This document shows, piece after piece, positions 26,425-35,876 of a stretch of 64,000 nucleotides of DNA. The notes beneath the pieces are model-generated. The model had not been told where the DNA came from and did no database searches. It saw nothing but the letters and a program-made list of their open reading frames with translations. How positions within the stretch are numbered: position 1 is the stretch's first letter; each line of letters opens with the position of its first letter. Where the stretch lies: positions 64,001-128,000 of the forward strand of contig CANMWZ010000003.1 in assembly GCA_947501605.1 (NCBI GenBank), given 5' to 3'. The stretch comes from Planctomycetota bacterium. Its GTDB lineage: Bacteria; Planctomycetota; UBA1135; UBA2386. The translations under genes were made by a program, and so were the position numbers.

Positions 26425-28047
26425 TCACTCGCGCGGGGCTTCAAGCAGACCCTGAGCGTACTTCAGGCGGCTCTGGGCCTTGTGGTAATCAAGTTGGTTG
26501 CGCAACAGTCGGCCGCGGGCCTCGCGCAGTTCTTGGTTGCGTCGTTGCACTTCGAAGGCCGTCGACGAGCCGACGCCCAGCTTGACCTGCTCGGTTTCCA
26601 GGTTGGTTTCCGCGAGCCGCACGGACTCGGCACTGGCACGGATGGCTTGCGCCAGACTGTCGAGGTTGCGGACCACCTCGCGAACTTCCTTGGTCACGTT
26701 CAGCATTGCCCCGTAGAGGTCACGTTGCCGGCGCTCCACTTCGAGTTCGGCGCTACGTCGACGCGCGCGCGCAGATTGGTTGCCGATGGGAATGCTGAAC
26801 TCCAGTCGAACGCCCCAGTCCGGAAACTGCTGATTGATCGAGTCGTCCCACGCCGGTCGGAAACTGTCGGTGCGTACGGCATCACTCGAATAGGTGCTCA
26901 CAAGATCGAGATCCGGCAGCAAGTCGCGGTTCGCTCTGACCAGATCGATCTCGGCCTCGGCGACACGGCTGCGAGCGGCCTTCAAGTCGGGCCGATTCGC
27001 CAGCGCCGTGTCGACGAGGTCGGCAGTTGCCGTACTGGTGGCCTCGAACTTCATTTCGATCGGCTCGATGGGTCGCAAGTTCCATCGCCACAACTGACCA
27101 TCGCGATCGTCGAACAGCAGGCGGCGCAACTCGTCTTCGCCACGGCGGATCGCGTTGTCGGCGCCGATGAGCTCCTCCTGACGGCGCGCGACTTCGGCGT
27201 CATCGGCCACCCGGTCACGGGGTGCGAGTTCGCGCACGCGGATGCGTTCGATGGTGATGCGCAACTGCTCTTGCGCCACGGTGAACGCCGACTGCACGAT
27301 GCGGTAGTTCTCGCGGGCGAAGACCAAGTCCCAGTAGGCCTGAACGACGGCCAAGAGGGTGTCTTGCACCGAACGAACGAAGTCCTGTTCGCTGCGCGCG
27401 ACGCCCTGCCGCGCCTTGTCGATGTCCGCCTTGGTGTAGTCGCTCCACGCGCCGCGCAAGAGCGGTTGCGTGTAGCTGACCACCCATTCCGAGGTGAACT
27501 GGCGCGAGGGGAATCCCGTAACCGAAGTCTGCGTGTCGAGTCGAGCGGGCCGATACGAGAGGTCGAAGAGACCGCCGCTGATGACTCGCTGCCGCCAGCC
27601 CACGGTCGCATCGACGGTCTGCCGCGAGATCGATGGCTGAAACACGTTCCGTTGCGGCGTCTGTGAGTCGCTGTAGCCGGTGTTCCCGTAGAGCTCTGGA
27701 TTGAAGATGGCTTCGGCTCCGACCAGGGACTGCCGTGCTTGCTCGGGCAACAGCTCGCCGGATCGCAGTTCGATGTTGTTCGAACGGGCCAAGCGCAGCG
27801 CGTCACCCAAGGTCAGAACTCGAGTGGGCTGCCCCTTGGTCTCCGCTTCGGCGTCCACCGGCAGCGGTCCCTGCGGATCCTGGGACGAAGCTCCACTGCG
27901 GGTCGACGCAGTCGGATCTGGCGTTGGACGAGGAGCTGGATCCTGCGTCACCGCAACCGAGGCCAGCGCGATCGCACACAGCAGTGCCAACCACGGCGTG
28001 CGCACAGACGGCAAGTCGCCGACCGAATCGACCAAGAAGAGCCTCAT
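26425..28047 (-). CDS. TolC-family outer membrane efflux protein
   Basis: LTL.DAL.LA...N, TQPLLRG, V..AYW.L, AL.NRPDL, LLP.LDL and FSIPIGN; two OEP repeats. Confidence 0.9.
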   Translation of the reverse strand: MRLFLVDSVGDLPSVRTPWLALLCAIALASVAVTQDPAPRPTPDPTASTRSGASSQDPQGPLPVDAEAETKGQPTRVLTLGDALRLARSNNIELRSGELLPEQARQSLVGAEAIFNPELYGNTGYSDSQTPQRNVFQPSISRQTVDATVGWRQRVISGGLFDLSYRPARLDTQTSVTGFPSRQFTSEWVVSYTQPLLRGAWSDYTKADIDKARQGVARSEQDFVRSVQDTLLAVVQAYWDLVFARENYRIVQSAFTVAQEQLRITIERIRVRELAPRDRVADDAEVARRQEELIGADNAIRRGEDELRRLLFDDRDGQLWRWNLRPIEPIEMKFEATSTATADLVDTALANRPDLKAARSRVAEAEIDLVRANRDLLPDLDLVSTYSSDAVRTDSFRPAWDDSINQQFPDWGVRLEFSIPIGNQSARARRRSAELEVERRQRDLYGAMLNVTKEVREVVRNLDSLAQAIRASAESVRLAETNLETEQVKLGVGSSTAFEVQRRNQELREARGRLLRNQLDYHKAQSRLKYAQGLLEAPRE

Positions 28048-28129
28048 TGCCGCGCGACTTGGTATCCGATCCTTGCGTGCTTGCCCAGCAAAACTGTGCC
28101 TCAGATCGCACGCAGGCTGGCCTGGTCCT

Positions 28130-29590
28130 TCAGAGCCGAGCGATCGAATGTGCCCGTTGCTCGGCGTCGAAACTGCTTGCGAGGCACAGGCACAGGGCGG
28201 CTTGGTCCGCAAGCAAATCTGGAGTCCTTACCGCGCAGACGCGCCGCAGTTCCAATTGCCAGCGGGCGTAGCCGAGATGCTGCGGCTGCCGTGTTGCGGC
28301 CAGCTGCTGCAGGGCCAAGTAGTCCGGCACGAGCCCATCCGGGCGCCAGCGACGCAGCAGCCGTTCCAGTTCGTCGCGCTCCGAACCATCGATCAGGTCC
28401 TCGAAGCCGTAGACCAACGCCGTCGGCACCTCGGGGGTTTCGTTGCGGAACGAGCGCCGCTCGTGCAGCTGAGCCAGCAGCAAGAGCCGAACTACCATCG
28501 CCTGACTGCCGTCGATGCCGAAGGCCGGGGCGAAGCGCAAGAACCGACCCGCGGCAGCGAGGTTGGCAGCAGGTTCCACGGCCTGCAGCATGCGCGGCCG
28601 GCGACGCGACCACACTTCATCGCTGACGTCGAGCACACTCTCAACCCAACGCGACCCGTGGGCAGCCAACAGGTCCAGGCGGGCCGCGGCCGTGGTGGCC
28701 GCCACTTCACCAAGCGCGCACAACGCCATCGCCAGCACGCCGCCCTCGAGCCGCGGCAAGGAGGCCTCGAGCCGACGGGTCGCGGTGGCCACAACGTCTC
28801 GACGATCACCACCCGCGGCAACCAAAGCGCGAAGGCACAACGCCAGCGCGTAGGGGTCGGCGTCGTCCGAGGCCAGAAGCGCGACACTGATGATATCGGC
28901 CAACTGCTGCACTCGATCTTCGACGGCGTCGAAGAGGCCGCGGTCACGCAGCACGGCCCGTCGCTGGTCAGCAGTCACGCGCAGTTCATGGTCGATGCGC
29001 AGCACCGCGATGGCATTGCGCGGCGAGAGCCACTCCGACAGCCGTTGTTCGACGCCAGCCTCCTGGTAACGCTGCCAAGCCGCACTCAGCAACGAGTCTG
29101 GCTCCATTCGCTTGGTCGCGTCGAACGCGAGCGCCATCGTCGAGGTCATCGCCTCTGGTCGGTAGGGCGCCGGCACAACTTCTGGAACGCGTGGGATCGG
29201 CGGCGGCGTATGGGACAGCGGATTGCGCTGGCGAAGTTGCAGCGGATCCGCGGCAGAAAGGAGCGCGAAAATCACCGCAGCCGCCGCGCTTGCAAGGAGC
29301 CACGGGAGGATCGGTGCTGGCCGCCTCGCTTGATAGCGCTCGGTGGCGCGCGCCTGCAGGGCCACGACTCGCTTCGTCCAGGCCTCGCTTGGCTGCACTG
29401 TGAGGGCGCGCATGCGTTCGATGACATCGCGCACTTCACTGAAGTCGATGGCTGCCATCGGGTCGTCGGCGACCTGCTGCCGCAGCGCCTCGAGGTCCTG
29501 CGTCCGGCCCTGACCGATCGCGAGTTCGACCCAACTGGCCCGATCGTTCGCCGAGCCTGCCCCGCATTCGTCTAGCGGCGCCTCGCTCAT
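28130..29590 (-). CDS. putative membrane-anchored anti-sigma factor with large helical extracytoplasmic domain
   Basis: ATGA-coupled to the ECF sigma gene; ~90-aa cytoplasmic N-terminus, single TM (ILPWLLASAAAAVIFALL), helical C-terminal domain. Confidence 0.6.
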   Translation of the reverse strand: MSEAPLDECGAGSANDRASWVELAIGQGRTQDLEALRQQVADDPMAAIDFSEVRDVIERMRALTVQPSEAWTKRVVALQARATERYQARRPAPILPWLLASAAAAVIFALLSAADPLQLRQRNPLSHTPPPIPRVPEVVPAPYRPEAMTSTMALAFDATKRMEPDSLLSAAWQRYQEAGVEQRLSEWLSPRNAIAVLRIDHELRVTADQRRAVLRDRGLFDAVEDRVQQLADIISVALLASDDADPYALALCLRALVAAGGDRRDVVATATRRLEASLPRLEGGVLAMALCALGEVAATTAAARLDLLAAHGSRWVESVLDVSDEVWSRRRPRMLQAVEPAANLAAAGRFLRFAPAFGIDGSQAMVVRLLLLAQLHERRSFRNETPEVPTALVYGFEDLIDGSERDELERLLRRWRPDGLVPDYLALQQLAATRQPQHLGYARWQLELRRVCAVRTPDLLADQAALCLCLASSFDAEQRAHSIARL

Positions 29591-30237
29591 CGTCCGTCGC
29601 CTGTGCGCCGAGAGAAACCTTGGGCATCGCCATCGCTCTCGGAAGGTCGCTGCTGCCCGTCCGAGGGAGCCAACTGCTGCTTCAACGCCGCGACCGCGTT
29701 GTGCATGCGCGACTTGATGGTGCCGACTGGGATACCCAGAAGCTCACTGATCTCCGCGTAGGGTCGCTCTTGATAGACGGCCAGTTCGAAGACAATGCGG
29801 TGCGGTTCTGTCAGGGTCTCGAGCGCCAACCGCAGCTGCCGCTTCTCTTCGCCGTCGCTGGCGATCTCCATGGGTGCTGGCTCGTGCCCAGGCAGGTCCA
29901 TCGGCGATGCATCGTGCGTAGCTTGGTCGAGCGAGAAGAGGCGCCGATGCGGTCGCTGGGCGCGGTAGTAGTCGATCCAAAGGTTGGTGGCGACGCGGTA
30001 GACGAAGGTCGACAGCTTGCCCTCGGGCCGGTAGCGCCGACAGTTCTGCATCAGCTTTAGGAACAAGTCCTGACCGAGGTCCTCGGCGCGGTCTCGGTCC
30101 CAGCACAGTCGGTAGAAGAACTGGATCATCCGCGCCTGGTAGTGATCGACCAGCGCCCGAAACGCGTTGGGATCGCCATCGCGAAAAGCGACCAGCAGGT
30201 CGTCATCGCGGTCAGGGTCAACGGTTCGCTTTCTCAC
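29587..30237 (-). CDS. ECF (sigma-70 group 4) RNA polymerase sigma factor
   Basis: GD..AF..LV..Y, AEDL.QDLF, F(V)YR(V)ATN..ID, and Y.EI..LLGIP.GTIKSR regions 2 and 4. Confidence 0.93.
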   Translation of the reverse strand: MRKRTVDPDRDDDLLVAFRDGDPNAFRALVDHYQARMIQFFYRLCWDRDRAEDLGQDLFLKLMQNCRRYRPEGKLSTFVYRVATNLWIDYYRAQRPHRRLFSLDQATHDASPMDLPGHEPAPMEIASDGEEKRQLRLALETLTEPHRIVFELAVYQERPYAEISELLGIPVGTIKSRMHNAVAALKQQLAPSDGQQRPSESDGDAQGFSRRTGDGR

Positions 30238-30266
30238 AGTCGAGGTTCCAGGACAGACGAGCAGGC

Positions 30267-30292
30267 AACGGCGCCGGTGTTATCCCGGTTCA
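30267..30292 (-). promoter_or_regulatory. candidate ECF-type autoregulatory promoter
   Basis: The minus strand reads TGAACC-gggataacaccggcgc-CGTT (AAC-N17-CGT), about 30 nt upstream of the sigma start. Confidence 0.45.
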
Positions 30293-30299
30293 ACGACGA

Positions 30300-30800
30300 T
30301 CACGGATTCTCGCGCCAACGGGCAAGCCAGGGGAAGTCCTCGGCATCGGCGCAGCGAAAACTGCACAGCCTACCGCCTTCGGGCGAAGGGGACAGCTCGA
30401 GCCAGAGGGCCGAAGCCGGCACCAGTTCGGCAATGCGGTCGGCCCATTCCACGACGGCCAGGGAAGACGGCTGAAACAGGTACTCGAGCCCGCCGTCGTC
30501 GAGAAAGCCCTTCAACTTCTGCGGCAGATAGGCGTCGGCGTGGAGAAGGGGGACTCTACCACCGTGCTCGACGACCAGCAGATACGTCGGGCTGGCGACT
30601 TCGTCCGGATGATCCACTCCAAGTCCGCGAGCTAGCCCGCGCACCAAAGTCGTCTTGCCCGCGCCGACCTCGCCAACAAGTGCCAGGGTGCAACCCGCAC
30701 CGAGGTGGCACCCGAGCTGTTCGCCCAGACGCTCGGTGGCCGCCTCGTCCGCCGGCAGGCGCAGACTGAGGACCTCAGACAGCCGCGATCGCATGCTCAT
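30300..30800 (-). CDS. tsaE: tRNA threonylcarbamoyladenosine biosynthesis ATPase
   Basis: GEVGAGKTT, VASPTY, H.DAY and VVEW. Confidence 0.93.
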   Translation of the reverse strand: MSMRSRLSEVLSLRLPADEAATERLGEQLGCHLGAGCTLALVGEVGAGKTTLVRGLARGLGVDHPDEVASPTYLLVVEHGGRVPLLHADAYLPQKLKGFLDDGGLEYLFQPSSLAVVEWADRIAELVPASALWLELSPSPEGGRLCSFRCADAEDFPWLARWRENP

Positions 30801-31698
30801 GGCCCAGGGGCTTCAACGGGCAGCGGCTGCCGTCGCGGACCAGCCAGAGTCCTGGCTCATCGATCACACGGCCGATCGGACGTCTGGCCCGCATCGTCAG
30901 CGGGCCGCCCCGGGGCAGCAGGCGACCAGCGGCAACGGTGAACAGCAGTTCGTGGTCCTCGCCATCCGACAAGGCCGCCGCCAAAGCGCGCTGGCGGTCG
31001 CCCTTCGCGCGCCGTCTTGCTGCCGCCGCAATGGGCACCGCGCCCGCATCGATCTCCGCACCGGCGACCGAAGAGGCATGCAGCAAGGTCCAGAGATCCA
31101 GAAGCAAACCGTCGCTCACGTCCATCATCGCCGTCACAGGAGTCGTCGCGCGCGCGAGCCAGCGCCCTTCGGCCAGGGGCGGGCGAAACGTCAGGTGCTT
31201 CCCACCGAGGCTGCCGCCCAGCGGCCCAGTGACGTGGATCGCGTCGCCGGGGCTCGCTCCGCTGCGCAAGAGCGCACGACCTTCGAGGTGCCCAACTGCG
31301 GTCACGGTGACCACCAGCGGCCCAGCGATCGCCGACACGTCGCCGCCGACCACGAAGCATCCACCCCGCGTCGCGGCATCACGCAAGCCCCGCAGCAAGC
31401 GTTCGAGGTCGCGCTCTGCCAGCCGGCGCGGCAGCAGTAGCGACACGAGCAGGTAGTCCGGCACAGCACCCATCGCGGCGAGATCCGCAAGGTTGCGATT
31501 GACGGCTTTCCGGCCGACGAGCCGGAGATCCGTCCCCGGTTCGAAGTGAATCCCTTCGACCACTGGATCCACACAAAGGACGGACTGGGCCGATCGATTG
31601 GCGACCACTGCTGCATCGTCGCCAATCGCGATGGCCGCATCGCGCGGCGCCGGGAAGAACCGCTTCAGCCGAGCTGTGAGCGCACGTTCAGCGCCCAC
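30775..31698 (-). CDS. thiL: thiamine-monophosphate kinase
   Basis: IGDDAAV, EGIHF, NLADLAAMG, GGD, MDVSDGL and GEDHELLF; GAGG SD before GTG. Confidence 0.93.
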   Translation of the reverse strand: MGAERALTARLKRFFPAPRDAAIAIGDDAAVVANRSAQSVLCVDPVVEGIHFEPGTDLRLVGRKAVNRNLADLAAMGAVPDYLLVSLLLPRRLAERDLERLLRGLRDAATRGGCFVVGGDVSAIAGPLVVTVTAVGHLEGRALLRSGASPGDAIHVTGPLGGSLGGKHLTFRPPLAEGRWLARATTPVTAMMDVSDGLLLDLWTLLHASSVAGAEIDAGAVPIAAAARRRAKGDRQRALAAALSDGEDHELLFTVAAGRLLPRGGPLTMRARRPIGRVIDEPGLWLVRDGSRCPLKPLGHEHAIAAV

Positions 31699-32152
31699 GG
31701 ATTTCCTCGTTCGCGAAACTCGGACCCGGGACCACAAAGATGACTACCCCCAACACCCGGCTGCGCGACAGCGGACCAAAGACTCGACTGTCAGGCAGCA
31801 GCGACTGGGCATTGTCGTTGCGCACGACGATCCGATCGTCCGGAGTCACTTCGAGAACTCTCGACAACAAGGTTCCGCCGTCCGGCACCTCCACGAAGAC
31901 CTCGTGACCGACACCGGCTTGCGACACCCGCTTGTCGAGGACGCACAAGGACTCTGGCGGAATCGTTGGCATGGTGTCCATCCCGAGTGGGACCTTCACC
32001 ATGCCAAAACACACCCAGAAGATTGCGGCGGCACCGAGAGCAATCGGCAGCATGGAGCGCCGCACGATGCGAGCCAGCCGCAACGGGTCGAGCCGCCGCG
32101 GCCCTTGCCCTCCCGGCGTGGGTTCCACTGCGGGCGTCGTAACGGCGTGCAT
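31688..32152 (-). CDS. signal peptidase I (S26)/S24-like membrane protein, catalytic residues apparently altered
   Basis: N-terminal TM; C-terminal NDN..S..DSR.FG.......GVV box typical of S26/SodX. Confidence 0.6.
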   Translation of the reverse strand: MHAVTTPAVEPTPGGQGPRRLDPLRLARIVRRSMLPIALGAAAIFWVCFGMVKVPLGMDTMPTIPPESLCVLDKRVSQAGVGHEVFVEVPDGGTLLSRVLEVTPDDRIVVRNDNAQSLLPDSRVFGPLSRSRVLGVVIFVVPGPSFANEEIRGR

Positions 32153-32196
32153 GGGCAGAAGGATCGCACGCCGCCCATCGCCGCTCAACCTCGTGG

Positions 32197-32853
32197 TCAG
32201 CGGCGCAACACGGCGGCGAATGCGGCCACGACACCGGCAGCTGCTGCTTGTGGGTCGCGCGCCTGGGCAAACAGGGACATGACGGCTACGCCCACCGGGC
32301 GTTGCTTCTGTGGCAGAGCCGCGATTTCGTCGGCGCCCGTAGCCTCGATACCGCCGAGCCAGACGACCGGCAGACTGGCCACGGCCGTCAGCGCAGCGGC
32401 AGTGGCAACGCCGAGCGGCACGGATTGGGGCTTGGCCCGCACCGGCCAGATCGGCGACAGCAGCGCAAAGTCTGCGCCCGCCGCCACTGCCTCAGCCAGC
32501 TCTGCCGCGTCGTGGGTGCTGACGCCCAGCACGCGGTCGTGCCCCAGCGCCCGCCTTGCCGCCAGCGGGCGCAGCGAATGATGCCCTACCTGAGCACCGT
32601 CGAACGCCCCCGCCGCCGCACAGTCGACGCGATCATTGACCAAGAGCATGCCGTCGCACGACGCCAGGACCTGGCGGAGGCGCTCCCCAAGCTCGGCGAG
32701 TTGGCGCGCCTTCAACAGCGGTTCGCGAACCTGCACGGTTCGCACACCCCCGCGCACTACCGCCTGCACCTGTGCTTCGATGCGAGCCTCATCGCCACGA
32801 CCATCGGTGACGAAGACGACGCGCAAGACGGCTGGATCGAACGCGTGCGTCAC
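32197..32853 (-). CDS. thiE: thiamine-phosphate synthase (ThiE/TenI family)
   Basis: VQVRE, LLVNDRVD, LGVSTH, GADF..LSPI and LGGI; GTGA overlap with corA. Confidence 0.82.
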   Translation of the reverse strand: MTHAFDPAVLRVVFVTDGRGDEARIEAQVQAVVRGGVRTVQVREPLLKARQLAELGERLRQVLASCDGMLLVNDRVDCAAAGAFDGAQVGHHSLRPLAARRALGHDRVLGVSTHDAAELAEAVAAGADFALLSPIWPVRAKPQSVPLGVATAAALTAVASLPVVWLGGIEATGADEIAALPQKQRPVGVAVMSLFAQARDPQAAAAGVVAAFAAVLRR

Positions 32854-33962
32854 ACCCACCCACGACGGCGAAACCAGCCCAACATCGCGAGCGCGATGGC
32901 GAGCATGCCCCCCATTGCAATCGGGTAGCCAAAGCGCCAGTGCAGCTCCGGCATGTAGTCGAAGTTCATGCCATAGATGCCGACCATGAACGTCAGCGGG
33001 ATGAAGATCGTCGCGATCAGCGTCAGCACCTTCATCACCTCGTTCAGCCGGATGCTGGCAGAGGCGAGGTGCAACTCGGTCAAGCTGGCGCCGAGTTCGC
33101 GGTAGTTCTCGAGGAGGTCGAGCAACTGCACCACGTGGTCGTAAACGTCGCGGAGATAAACCCGCGTCTCCGCAGTCACCCGCTTGCTATCCCCGCGCAT
33201 CAGCGCCGACATCACTTCGCGAAGCGGCCAGAGGGCTCGTCGTACTTCGAGAAGTTCTCGGCGCACGCAGTGCAGATCCCGAACCACATCGCCTGGGGTA
33301 TTGCCCGCGATGATCAACTCTTCGACGGCCTCGAGGCGGTCGCCAAACGCTTCCAGCTCGGGGAAGTACGAGTCGACGATCGAATCCACCAAGGCATACG
33401 CCAAGTAGTCGATGCCGTTGCGCCGCAGGCGGGAGGTCTTGTCGCGCAAGCGATGGCGAACCGGATCGAACGAGTCGCCGCGATGCTCCTCGAAGGTCAA
33501 GATGAAGTCGTCGCCCAGGAACAGGCACAACTGCTCGGTCGCACCGGCGTGCGCCTCATCGAGTACGCGAAGGACGAGAAACTGGTGCTCCGGGTAGTCC
33601 TCGAGCTTTGGCCGCTGGTGCGTGTGCACGACGTCCTCGAGGGCCAAGCGGTGCAGCGAGAACAACTGGGCAACCTTCTTGAGCAACGCCAGATCGCCCA
33701 GACCGGCGACCGACACCCAGAGCAGACCACTCCGCCCACGAAGTTCGGCGACGCGCTCGATGGCGACACCCCGTTCCTCAATCACATCGCCTTCGGCGAT
33801 CCACGTGAGCGACAGGACTGGTACCGACGCCGAGGGATCGACGTGCAGGGTGCCCGGCGCCGCGCCGATCGCACCCCGCCGAGGCTTGCGCTCCCCAGAT
33901 TCTGCCGAGGCTTCCGCCGTCGGCGTTGGCTCGATTGCCCGACCTGGTTCGATAGACGACAT
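32850..33962 (-). CDS. corA: magnesium/cobalt transporter
   Basis: LH.LALED, QRPK, N.VMKVLT, GIYGMNF and MPEL.W. Confidence 0.96.
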   Translation of the reverse strand: MSSIEPGRAIEPTPTAEASAESGERKPRRGAIGAAPGTLHVDPSASVPVLSLTWIAEGDVIEERGVAIERVAELRGRSGLLWVSVAGLGDLALLKKVAQLFSLHRLALEDVVHTHQRPKLEDYPEHQFLVLRVLDEAHAGATEQLCLFLGDDFILTFEEHRGDSFDPVRHRLRDKTSRLRRNGIDYLAYALVDSIVDSYFPELEAFGDRLEAVEELIIAGNTPGDVVRDLHCVRRELLEVRRALWPLREVMSALMRGDSKRVTAETRVYLRDVYDHVVQLLDLLENYRELGASLTELHLASASIRLNEVMKVLTLIATIFIPLTFMVGIYGMNFDYMPELHWRFGYPIAMGGMLAIALAMLGWFRRRGWV

Positions 33963-33983
33963 CGTAGATGCGAGACGGCGACC

Positions 33984-35876
33984 CTAACCGTGCCGCGCCC
34001 ACTCCTCCAGACTGTAGAGCACGTTCTGCGGGATTGGCGCTCGCGCACGGTCGTTCAGTTCGCGCACGATGTCCTCGAGAGTCAGTCCTTCAGCCAGACC
34101 CGCGCGCAGTGTGACCTGGTCCAGCTTGAACTGGTGCACATGGTCGCTCTTCTGCCGCTTGGCAAACCGATCGAATGCGTGAACCGCCTCATGCACGTCA
34201 TCACCGGGGAACATCAGGATCTCGAAGTCCGGATTGACCAGCACCGTGCTGCGCGTGCCGCCGGCCTTGGCCGCCGACTCGGCTTCGAGCAGATCCGCTC
34301 CGAGTTGCGACAAGCGCAACGCGACAGGCCGACCATCACGAAGGCCGATATCGACCAGCCCCAGAGGATAGAGCCGGCGCTTCACCCACAGCAGGAGGTT
34401 GCGGGCCATCTGCTGCAAGTTCTCGCTCGGCGCATAGGCCGCCCCTTGGCAGCGCGCAGCGAAGAACTCCTCCACTTGAGCGCCATCGAGTTGCGCGAGG
34501 TAGGCGTTGCGCGCGAGGAACGGCAAGCACGTCATCTCCTGCCACACCATCGGTTGGCCGCGACGCAGCAGACGCAACAGCACACGCCGCATGCGCACGT
34601 GGTGAAAGGACTCTCCAGGCAGCGATCGATCCTCGATGAAATGCTGGAGCAAGAGCTTCTGTTGGTCCGCTAGCGGGGCACGGTCGAACTCCATGCCTTG
34701 TGGCGTCGGTCGCAGCGCGCGCTCGCCGCGGCGGTCGATGAGTCGCCGGAACAGGCAGAACTTGTAGACCAGTTCGAGCTGCGCCTCGGGCTGGAGGAAC
34801 CCACCGGCGATCGGTAGCAGCGATCCAGCGATGCGCTTGTGACTCGCCTTGAACAGGTCGCCTTCGGCGGTGAACAGCACGGTGCTCTGGTGCAGTTCAC
34901 GCAGGAACCGTCCGACGTTGCTGGCCAGATTCGCACCGCACGAGAGCTCTTCCTGCACTTCCACTGCGTGCTTGTTCGCGTGCTTCAACAGTTCTTCGAG
35001 CACGACCTCGTGGAACAGCACGAACGCGTTCTCCATCGGCTGGATGCCAAGGCGCAGCAGCGGCAACGGCGCAACGGTTCCGAGCATCGACTCTTCGAGG
35101 CACTTGCGACACAACTCCGCATCGGGGACCTCGCCGTCGTCAAACTCGGCCGCGAGTTCCTCCCAACTCGACAGGCCGCCATGCTTCAACATCGAAACCT
35201 CGAAGGCGGCTGCAACTTCCTTCGGCAACTTGCCGCGGCGCGATGCGATTGCCGAGCCCATCGCGTAGAGCTTGTAGATCTTGCGGGCATGGTCCGCGGC
35301 CTTCTCGTCGGCGCCTTCGACCGGCTTGCCGTTCTTGCCGGCCTTGGTCGCCTTCTGGTTGCGCGCGCGGAAGTGCCGCGCATCCAAGAATCCCTGGAGC
35401 GTGATCAAGTCCTTGAGCGCACTGCGCGCGCGAGCCCGGTGGTCGATGACGCAACGAGCGAGTTCGGCGGGTACCGCGTAGCCCTGAGCCTGATAGTCGG
35501 TCCAACGTTTGTCGTTGGCCGGGAACAGCATGCCCTCGCGCTGCAGCGCCGCTAGGCACGCTTCGAGATCGAATCGACTCTTGAACGCTTGCCCCTGCGT
35601 CGAGAACAACTGCTGCACGGAGATCACCGAGCCTGGAGCCTGCAGAAACGGCTCGAGCAAATCCTGCAGCTTCCGCGGCAACTGCTGCAGACGCCGCAGC
35701 ACGGTGGCTTCGTCCTCCATCGCCGCTGACAGCGAGCCAACGAGCGCGGCTCGCGACGGCGACTTGCCACCGGCCGGCGCGCTTGCAGCGTCAGGACCGA
35801 GCCAAGCAATCACGGTTTCCCGCAACACATCGGCGGCGGCGTCGTGCAGCAAGGTTCGCAGGTCGAGCGACTTCAT
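33984..35876 (-). CDS. XPB-associated protein with C-terminal Helicase_C_3 (XPB/Ssl2-N, p52/Tfb2-like) domain
   Basis: C-terminal VLVNPDFEIL...FKL....L..G...G.TL..I...L......PIPQNV.Y.L.EW aligns by eye with the XPB N-terminus; ATGA-coupled to XPB. Confidence 0.8.
   Translation of the reverse strand: MKSLDLRTLLHDAAADVLRETVIAWLGPDAASAPAGGKSPSRAALVGSLSAAMEDEATVLRRLQQLPRKLQDLLEPFLQAPGSVISVQQLFSTQGQAFKSRFDLEACLAALQREGMLFPANDKRWTDYQAQGYAVPAELARCVIDHRARARSALKDLITLQGFLDARHFRARNQKATKAGKNGKPVEGADEKAADHARKIYKLYAMGSAIASRRGKLPKEVAAAFEVSMLKHGGLSSWEELAAEFDDGEVPDAELCRKCLEESMLGTVAPLPLLRLGIQPMENAFVLFHEVVLEELLKHANKHAVEVQEELSCGANLASNVGRFLRELHQSTVLFTAEGDLFKASHKRIAGSLLPIAGGFLQPEAQLELVYKFCLFRRLIDRRGERALRPTPQGMEFDRAPLADQQKLLLQHFIEDRSLPGESFHHVRMRRVLLRLLRRGQPMVWQEMTCLPFLARNAYLAQLDGAQVEEFFAARCQGAAYAPSENLQQMARNLLLWVKRRLYPLGLVDIGLRDGRPVALRLSQLGADLLEAESAAKAGGTRSTVLVNPDFEILMFPGDDVHEAVHAFDRFAKRQKSDHVHQFKLDQVTLRAGLAEGLTLEDIVRELNDRARAPIPQNVLYSLEEWARHG

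Noticed and set aside
27701..29575. 624-aa plus-strand ORF
   Set aside because: It is antisense to TolC and the anti-sigma candidate, which fit a coupled minus-strand operon; its Arg/Gln/His-rich composition is typical of shadow ORFs.
30775..32853. TPP riboswitch near thiE/thiL
   Set aside because: The genes are embedded in an overlapping operon with no leader space, and I saw no CTGAGA-type core in an intergenic position.
32940..34673. 577-aa plus-strand ORF (similarly 57593-59047, 49019-50623, 55266-56540)
   Set aside because: These are antisense shadows of motif-bearing genes (corA, XPB partner, ATP-grasp, ThuA-DUF1080, cytochrome). Long stop-free shadows are expected at this GC content.
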